A DNA stretch of 64,000 nucleotides from an uncultured Shimia sp. (lineage in GTDB: Bacteria; Pseudomonadota; Alphaproteobacteria; Rhodobacterales; Rhodobacteraceae), in the NCBI GenBank assembly GCA_937897325.1, contig CALCOY010000096.1:31755-95754 (forward strand), in the 5' to 3' direction. Within the stretch, counting starts at the first letter, position 1. Each line of letters opens with the position of its first letter. Positions 57,635 through 64,000 of this stretch are shown here, in pieces. The position numbers were made by a program, and so were the translations under genes. The notes below the pieces were generated by a model that did no database searches, was not told the origin of the DNA, and was given only the letters and a program-made list of their open reading frames with translations.

Positions 57635-59865
57635 TGCCTGACCTCCTCATTGAGCTGTTCTCGGAAGAGATCCCCGCGCGGATGCAGGCGAAGGCCACCA
57701 GTGATCTTAAGCGACTTGTCACCGACGGGTTGGTTGAGGCTGGATTGACTTATGCCAGTGCAGGCGCCTTTTCGACACCGCGACGATTGACGCTTTCCGT
57801 CGAAGGCCTGCTGGATCAAAGTCCAACCACGCGCGAAGAACGCAAGGGCCCGCGCGCCGACGCGCCCGATAAGGCTGTTGAAGGGTTCCTGCGCGGCGCC
57901 GGGCTGACCCGTGATCGGCTCGAATTACGCGGGACACCGAAGGGCGACGTTCTTTTTGCTGTCATCGAAAGGCCGGGCCGCCCCGCCGCACAGATTGTGG
58001 CAGAGGTTCTTGAGGCAACTATCCGCAACTTCCCATGGCCGAAATCCATGCGTTGGGGGAGCGGAACGTTGCGTTGGGTGCGTCCGCTCCATTCGATCCT
58101 TTGCATACTGTCCAGTGAGGACGGCACTCAGGCCGTCCCGCTGACCGTCGACGGTATTGTCGCCGGGGATGCAACCGAAGGCCACCGCTTTATGGCGCCC
58201 GGGCGCTTTTCCGTCTTAAATTTCGAAGACTATGCGGCAAAGCTAAAACGATCTTTCGTCATGCTCGACCCGGTTGAACGGGCCGAGGCCATCTGGAATG
58301 ATGCCACCAACCTGGCCTTTGCCCAAGGGGTCGATGTGGTTGAGGACAAAGGGCTTCTGGCCGAGGTCGCTGGGCTAGTGGAATGGCCTGTGGTGCTAAT
58401 GGGCGGTATCGGGGCCGACTACCTAGATCTGCCGTCCGAGGTGCTGCAAAGCTCAATGAAAGAGCATCAAAAATTCTTCTCTGTGCGCGGCAAGAACGCC
58501 AAGATTGCCAAGTTCATCACAGTCGCAAATCGCGAGACGTCAGATAACGGTGCAACCATTCTCGCAGGCAACGAAAAGGTGCTGAGCGCGCGGTTGGCTG
58601 ATGCAAAATTCTTTTGGGAGAACGACTTACGTACCATTCATGATGTCGGACTTGAGGGCATGGCAAAGCCGCTGGCCGAGGTCACTTTCCACAACAAACT
58701 CGGGACCGTGGCTGACAAGATCGCGCGTGTTGAAGCGCTCGCCCGTGAAATCGGACCGCTCGTCGGTGCCAAGCCCGATCTGGCGGCAGAAGCCGCACGG
58801 GTCTGCAAGGCGGATCTGGCGAGCGAGATGGTCTACGAATTCCCGGAGCTTCAAGGCGTTATGGGGAAATACTACGCCGAAGCCGCCGGTCACGACGATG
58901 GCGTCCCCGAAGCCTGTGCCGAACACTATTCGCCGCTGGGTCCAAATGACGACGTCCCTACAAACCCGATCAGCATCGCCGTAGCGCTGGCCGACAAGAT
59001 CGACACGCTGACGGGTTTTTGGGCGATTGACGAGAAACCGACCGGCAGCAAAGACCCGTTTGCGCTGAGACGGGCGGCGTTGGGGGTTATTCGGCTGGTT
59101 TTGGAGAAAGGCATCTCGATAGAGATTGCACCCATTCTTGGCGCTCGGATCTCTGGACATCTTGGTCGAACAAAGGGAGGCGAACGCGTTGCGGCCTCAC
59201 TAAATGCAGCGCATGCTCTGGCAGAACTTGGGCGACCGCGGGAGGCTAAAACACTTTACGAAGATGAGCAAAGCGCGGGCGTTCCAAAACCCGGATCAGA
59301 ACACGAGGACCAGGTGCTGGAAGAGATCAGAACAAAACCCGTCAATCTTGTTTCCTTCCTCCACGACCGCCTCAAGGTCTACCTCCGCGATCGGGGTGTT
59401 CGCCATGACATCATCGACGCATCCATCGCGATGCCACAAAACGACGACCTAACCCTTCTCGTCAAACGGGCCGAGGCACTTTCGGAAACGCTCAAAACCG
59501 ATGATGGGGAAAACCTGATCCAGGGATTCAAGCGGGCCAACAACATCCTTACCCAGGCCGAAGAGGCGGACGGTGTCGAATATTCCTACGGTGCTGAGGT
59601 GAAATTTGCCGAGACGGAGGAAGAGCGAGCGCTTTTTGGGGCCCTTGACGCTGCTGAGGCAAAAATCAAACCGGCGATGGAGGCGCAGGACTTCACCGCT
59701 GCCATGACGGCGATGGCGGCGCTCCGGGGTCCCATCGACGCGTTCTTTGAGGCGGTCAAGATCAACACTGACAATCAGACCGTTCGACGGAACCGTTTGA
59801 ACTTGCTTCATCGCATCCGCAAGATTTGCTTGTCGGTGGCTGATTTGACGAAACTTGAAGGCTGA
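57634..59865 (+). CDS. glyS: Glycine--tRNA ligase beta subunit
   Basis: From MPDLLIELFSEEIPARMQ the typical GlyS body follows. The product is 743 aa. Confidence 0.95.
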   Translation: MPDLLIELFSEEIPARMQAKATSDLKRLVTDGLVEAGLTYASAGAFSTPRRLTLSVEGLLDQSPTTREERKGPRADAPDKAVEGFLRGAGLTRDRLELRGTPKGDVLFAVIERPGRPAAQIVAEVLEATIRNFPWPKSMRWGSGTLRWVRPLHSILCILSSEDGTQAVPLTVDGIVAGDATEGHRFMAPGRFSVLNFEDYAAKLKRSFVMLDPVERAEAIWNDATNLAFAQGVDVVEDKGLLAEVAGLVEWPVVLMGGIGADYLDLPSEVLQSSMKEHQKFFSVRGKNAKIAKFITVANRETSDNGATILAGNEKVLSARLADAKFFWENDLRTIHDVGLEGMAKPLAEVTFHNKLGTVADKIARVEALAREIGPLVGAKPDLAAEAARVCKADLASEMVYEFPELQGVMGKYYAEAAGHDDGVPEACAEHYSPLGPNDDVPTNPISIAVALADKIDTLTGFWAIDEKPTGSKDPFALRRAALGVIRLVLEKGISIEIAPILGARISGHLGRTKGGERVAASLNAAHALAELGRPREAKTLYEDEQSAGVPKPGSEHEDQVLEEIRTKPVNLVSFLHDRLKVYLRDRGVRHDIIDASIAMPQNDDLTLLVKRAEALSETLKTDDGENLIQGFKRANNILTQAEEADGVEYSYGAEVKFAETEEERALFGALDAAEAKIKPAMEAQDFTAAMTAMAALRGPIDAFFEAVKINTDNQTVRRNRLNLLHRIRKICLSVADLTKLEG

Positions 59866-60010
59866 TAAGAGGACACCCAGAGAGCGATCCGATGGCCGAC
59901 GTCTGGCATTGCTGTGAGAGCGGTGCCTAGATGGCATAACGTACAGTAGAACGCGCTTCCCCCCCTCGCAACATTCCGCGCGAACGGCACATACGCCCTC
60001 TTGTCACAAG

Positions 60011-62605
60011 ATGTTTACAGTCTATTCTGCGGGCAGATTGAAAGGTGCTGCGGTGCAGAATAACCCTCATACGACCCTCATTACACCCAATGCGCCGGTG
60101 GCGACCGAAACCCATGGGGGGCGCGCCAAGTGTTTGCAGCGTTTGACGAGGCTTGAGCTTCCTGTGCCCAAAACGGTGGCGTTGTCTTTCACAGCAGTAA
60201 AGTCAATCGCGCATGGAAAATTACCGGATATCAAAGCGATACTGGATCAGTTTCCAAACGATGCACTTCTATGCGTGCGGCCGTCCTCCGAAGATCCTGA
60301 TTGGGGCGGGCCCGGGGCGGTGCTCAACATCGGGATGAATGATCAGCGTTATGAGCCGCTTTGCTCGGTCCTTGGGGTCGATGCTGCGGCTGCAGTGTAT
60401 ACACGCTTTATCCAGTCCTACGCGGTTCATGTCGCGCGGCTGGATCCGGACATGTTCGACAGTGTCACGGGCGATGGGGCGCAGGGCCTGCAAGAGACCT
60501 TGGAGGCTTACGAAGACGAAACGGATGAACCGTTCCCTGCAAATCGAACGACGCAGCTTTCTGCTGTCCTTCAATCAATGGCGCGTGCTTGGGACGGGAC
60601 ATCTGCCCGGCTTTTGCGTCAGGCCAAGGGGGCGCCGGTGGATGCGGGGTTGGGGCTTGTTGTCCAGCAGATGGCCTTCGGGGTCGGGCAGGGCGAAAGC
60701 GGATCTGGCGTGCTGCAGTTGGTGAGTTCGACGACGGGTCTGCCACAGATCACGGGGCGTTACCTGAGCCAGAGCCAGGGCCGGGATGCGTTGTCGAGCG
60801 ATGCCAATAGCCTTTACATCACATGTGATCCGCGCGGTCCGTCGTTGGAAGAACTGGTGCCAGAAGCGTTCACCGCTTTGAGTGAGTACGCTCAACTCAT
60901 GCGGAAACGTCTGCGCGAAGAGATGCAGATCGAGTTCACCATCGAAAACGGGACGTTGCACGTACTGGATGGTGTGCGTGTGGCCAGATCGTCCCGCGCA
61001 GCAGTGCGGATTGCAGTTGATCTGGCGCGGGACGACGTTATCGCGAAAGAAGAGGCGCTGATGCGGGTTGAGCCGCAAGCGCTGAACGAATTGCTGCACC
61101 CTCAGGTTGATCCAAAGGCGAAGCGCGACATGATCGGCCACGGCATTGCAGCGAGTCCGGGGGCTGCGACCGGCCGCGTGGTGTTCTCGGCAACAGCTGC
61201 ACAGGCAAGTGCGGCACGGAACGAGGACTGCATACTGGTGCGACGTGAAACTGCGCCGGAAGACATTCGCGGAATGCATGCTGCGAAAGCCGTTTTGACC
61301 GAACGCGGTGGTATCACGAGCCATGCGGCCGTGGTAGGGCGCGGAATTGGTTTGCCCTGCGTTGTCGGTGTAACAGACATGACCTTTAAGGTGTCAGAGC
61401 GTCAGATCATCACGCGAGATCGCAGGGTGATAAAGGAAGGTGACATCATCACGATTGACGGCACAGCGGGTGAGGTGCTGGCAGGCGCGCCCGCAATGCA
61501 AGAGGCAGCGCTTGATGACGCAGTTCTTCTGCTTCTCGACTGGGCTGATGCGGCCCGTGACATTGGCGTGCGGGCAAACGCGGACACACCGACAGATGCG
61601 GAAATCGCGCGCAATTTCAACGCGGAAGGCATCGGTCTCTGCCGGACTGAACACATGTTTTTCGAGGATGGTCGTCTGACGCTGATGCGCGAAATGATCT
61701 TTGCGGAAACAAGCGACGATCGCAGGGCGGTGCTGGCGCGTCTCTTGCCTTTGCAACGTGCGGATTTCGAGCAGCTTTTTCGGATCATGGAGGGGCGACC
61801 GGTCTGTATCCGGCTTTTCGATCCGCCCTTGCATGAATTTCTTCCTGCGGACAGGGCCGGCCAGCGCGAGTTGGCCGAAGCGCTTGGTCTGCCGTTGTCT
61901 GACGTGATGCGGCGGATCGAGGCGATGCATGAATACAATCCCATGCTAGGTCTGCGCGGCGTACGTTTGGGGATCACCGTTCCGGAAATCTATGAAATGC
62001 AGGCGCGGGCGATCTTCGAGGCCACCCTTGATGTGCAACGCGCTGGCATCAATGTGGTGCCGGAAATCATGATACCGCTGGTCAGCGCAAAGCGCGAGGT
62101 TGAGCTTGTGCAGGGGCTTGTCGACGCAATCGCTGCCGCTGTCCGGGCAGAGCGGCAGAGCGATTTCGACTACCATTTGGGGGTCATGGTCGAAACACCG
62201 CGGGCCGCCTTGCGTGCAGGCGACATCGTGCAGCATTGCGCATTTCTCAGCTTTGGAACGAATGACCTCACCCAAATGGCTTATGGCCTGTCGCGAGACG
62301 ATGCGGGCCGCTTCATGTCGAATTACGTCCGGCAGGAGGTCTTTGCCGAGGATCCGTTCCATTCTCTCGATCTCGACGGGGTGGGAGAGCTTGTGCATCT
62401 CGGGGCCGATCGGGGACGCGCGGCACGTCCGGATATCACTTTGTCCATTTGCGGTGAACACGGCGGCAATTCCGAATCGATTGCCTTCTGCAGGCGTGCG
62501 AATTTCGACTATGTCAGTTGCTCCTCTTTCAGGGTACCAGTGGCGCGGCTTGCTGCCGCACGGCTGGCCATCGCCGACAAGATGAGGCTGGCGACAGGCG
62601 GTTAG
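60011..62605 (+). CDS. ppdK: Pyruvate, phosphate dikinase-family protein (divergent N-terminal nucleotide-binding domain)
   Basis: The central phosphohistidine motif (RGGITSHAAVVGRG) and the C-terminal PEP/pyruvate domain motifs (LCRTEHMFF, FSFGTNDLTQ, ICGEHGG, CSSFRVP) are canonical. The N-terminal motifs are altered (see findings). Confidence 0.82.
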   Translation: MFTVYSAGRLKGAAVQNNPHTTLITPNAPVATETHGGRAKCLQRLTRLELPVPKTVALSFTAVKSIAHGKLPDIKAILDQFPNDALLCVRPSSEDPDWGGPGAVLNIGMNDQRYEPLCSVLGVDAAAAVYTRFIQSYAVHVARLDPDMFDSVTGDGAQGLQETLEAYEDETDEPFPANRTTQLSAVLQSMARAWDGTSARLLRQAKGAPVDAGLGLVVQQMAFGVGQGESGSGVLQLVSSTTGLPQITGRYLSQSQGRDALSSDANSLYITCDPRGPSLEELVPEAFTALSEYAQLMRKRLREEMQIEFTIENGTLHVLDGVRVARSSRAAVRIAVDLARDDVIAKEEALMRVEPQALNELLHPQVDPKAKRDMIGHGIAASPGAATGRVVFSATAAQASAARNEDCILVRRETAPEDIRGMHAAKAVLTERGGITSHAAVVGRGIGLPCVVGVTDMTFKVSERQIITRDRRVIKEGDIITIDGTAGEVLAGAPAMQEAALDDAVLLLLDWADAARDIGVRANADTPTDAEIARNFNAEGIGLCRTEHMFFEDGRLTLMREMIFAETSDDRRAVLARLLPLQRADFEQLFRIMEGRPVCIRLFDPPLHEFLPADRAGQRELAEALGLPLSDVMRRIEAMHEYNPMLGLRGVRLGITVPEIYEMQARAIFEATLDVQRAGINVVPEIMIPLVSAKREVELVQGLVDAIAAAVRAERQSDFDYHLGVMVETPRAALRAGDIVQHCAFLSFGTNDLTQMAYGLSRDDAGRFMSNYVRQEVFAEDPFHSLDLDGVGELVHLGADRGRAARPDITLSICGEHGGNSESIAFCRRANFDYVSCSSFRVPVARLAAARLAIADKMRLATGG

Positions 62606-62731
62606 GCTCTGCATGTTGTGTCGTATGCGCATCTCACAGTCGCTCTGCGGATGAGGCTGATAGCGCTAAGCTAGACGAAAACGGCTATTTCTCTTATTTG
62701 CTCGCAATAAGATACCTTGGGGGTAGTGAAT

Positions 62732-63364
62732 ATGCGTTTGTTGAAGATTGGGCTGCTGGCCGCCATGGCCGCGGTAAAGACACCTTTTGTAGCGTTGGCC
62801 TCGGACGGAGAGACTTTGCGCCAGATTGAGGCTCAGGGAATGAAGCTTGTCTCACCACGCCGGATGCGGACGCTGCTAATCCCGCCCAAACAATCGAACA
62901 CCGGGAATGTTCACTTCTCCAAGAAGTGGCTGGATGCGCAGCCAGCGGGTACGGGCGGGGCGGATTGGAAATGCCTGAGCGAAGCGCTTTACTTTGAAGC
63001 GCGGGGCGAAACGATCAAAGGACAGTTCGCCGTGGCCGAGGTGATCCTCAACCGTGTCAAAAGCGCACGCTTTCCCCAAAGCATTTGTGGCGTGATCCGG
63101 CAGGGGACCGGGCGGCGCTATCAGTGCCAGTTCACCTATACCTGTGACGGGCGCGCTGAAAACATCGCGGAACCGCGCGCATTCGAGCGGGTGGCAAAGA
63201 TTGCTCGCTCGGCAATTGAGGATGAAGTACCCCAATTGACCAATGGGGCGACGCACTACCACACAACCGCCGTGCGACCGCGTTGGAGCCGCACCTATAC
63301 CAGAACGGCGCGTATCGGAATGCATATCTTCTATAGGCACACATTTCGCACAGCATCCAACTGA
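62732..63364 (+). CDS. Cell wall hydrolase, SleB-like (Hydrolase_2 family)
   Basis: From MRLLKIGLLAAMAAV (signal peptide), the sequence CLSEALYFEARGE...AVAEVILNRV...CQFTYTCDG is typical of the family. Confidence 0.8.
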   Translation: MRLLKIGLLAAMAAVKTPFVALASDGETLRQIEAQGMKLVSPRRMRTLLIPPKQSNTGNVHFSKKWLDAQPAGTGGADWKCLSEALYFEARGETIKGQFAVAEVILNRVKSARFPQSICGVIRQGTGRRYQCQFTYTCDGRAENIAEPRAFERVAKIARSAIEDEVPQLTNGATHYHTTAVRPRWSRTYTRTARIGMHIFYRHTFRTASN

Positions 63365-63458
63365 CACGCCGTTTTTGGCTCGGATCCAGACGCCTTTGCC
63401 TTTGTGATCTCGGCCGATCCCTCGTTAGAAGGGGCAAACCAGCTAACGGAGGCACTTG

Positions 63459-64000
63459 ATGCCGTCTGAAATTCATCTGGCCTTTGCCCATCCAAATGAA
63501 CGGGCCGAGGCGACAGCGCCCGGAGCGCTTGACCGCATCTCGGTGCGGGATCACATGATTGATGTCGAGATCGGTGCGTTTCAGGCCGAACGGGGTGTCA
63601 CGCAACGGGTATGTTTTAACGTGGTCGTCGAGGTCCAGCCGGTCACCGGTCCTATAGATGACGACGTCGACCGGATTCTGAGCTACGACAAGGTCACTGA
63701 TGCCATCGCAGCGGAACTGGCCGAGGAGCGCCTGAACCTTCTTGAAACGCTGGCGGAACGTGTTGCGGACCGGATTCTCGCGGAACCACAAGCAGTACGA
63801 ACGTTTGTCCGCGTTGAGAAATTGGACCGCGGGCCAGGGGCCCTGGGTGTCGAAATCGTGCGAAGCCGTCAGCATCCGTCGGCCAGTACACCGGAAGAGG
63901 TGCCGCCCCATCCGCAGGTGGTGTTCCTATCCAACGAAGCTATCATCTCTGAGCACTTTGGCGGTTGGATTGACCAATTGCTGCAGCGCGAAAGACCTCT
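63459..64000 (+). CDS. Dihydroneopterin aldolase-domain protein, 5' part (runs off right edge)
   Basis: This gene is not in the ORF track because it has no stop in the window. The ATG at 63459 is preceded by ACGGAGG. My translation is MPSEIHLAFAHPNE...ISVRDHMIDVEIGAFQAERGVTQRVCFNVVVEV...SYDKVTDAI, which resembles a FolB fold. The frame is open to the window end. Confidence 0.6.
   Translation, partial: MPSEIHLAFAHPNERAEATAPGALDRISVRDHMIDVEIGAFQAERGVTQRVCFNVVVEVQPVTGPIDDDVDRILSYDKVTDAIAAELAEERLNLLETLAERVADRILAEPQAVRTFVRVEKLDRGPGALGVEIVRSRQHPSASTPEEVPPHPQVVFLSNEAIISEHFGGWIDQLLQRERP

Noticed and set aside
62693-62711. CTTATT-N7-AATAAG inverted repeat upstream of the sleB-like gene, considered as a CtrA or other cell-cycle regulator site.
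   Set aside because: It does not match the TTAA-N7-TTAA CtrA consensus. It is a single occurrence with no supporting context.

Overview
The window reads as ordinary core chromosome of a high-GC alphaproteobacterium. Rhodobacteraceae (roseobacter-like) is my inference from two observations. The first is the presence of VPLPA-CTERM tails. The second is gene content and order: phaC-phaP-phaR, petABC, hflKC-DUF2065-degP and a split glyQ/glyS. I can support about 60 protein-coding genes at roughly 90 percent coding density. I also call one probable SAM-II riboswitch with its terminator, several intrinsic terminators, PhaR-type operator boxes and one disrupted gene. I saw no rRNA, tRNA, CRISPR array, transposase, integrase or phage gene, so there is no obvious accessory island. 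Most track ORFs that lie antisense to these genes are high-GC shadow frames. Many track ORFs also carry spurious N-terminal extensions, and I re-placed those starts by hand. No classical defence or mobile system is visible. The candidates for undescribed biology are modest and are listed below in descending interest.
1. A RimK/LysX-family ATP-grasp ligase is translationally coupled (ATGA overlap) to a small 4-TM protein whose cytoplasmic tail ends ...DMDDVDE. This could be a ligase and substrate pair.
2. A 10-gene co-directional gamma-glutamylation-type amine catabolic/transport cluster contains two GS-like paralogs, a GATase, an embedded alpha/beta hydrolase and no aldehyde dehydrogenase.
3. 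A VOC protein and a membrane-anchored protein are wedged, with overlapping start and stop codons, between glyQ and glyS.
4. A SPOR + PG-binding protein has a trypsin-like domain that has lost all three catalytic residues.
5. A PPDK homolog has a divergent nucleotide-binding domain.
6. An rlmJ-terB-terB-cytoplasmic PhnD-like operon.
All functional calls come from reading the translations against remembered family motifs. No database search was run.
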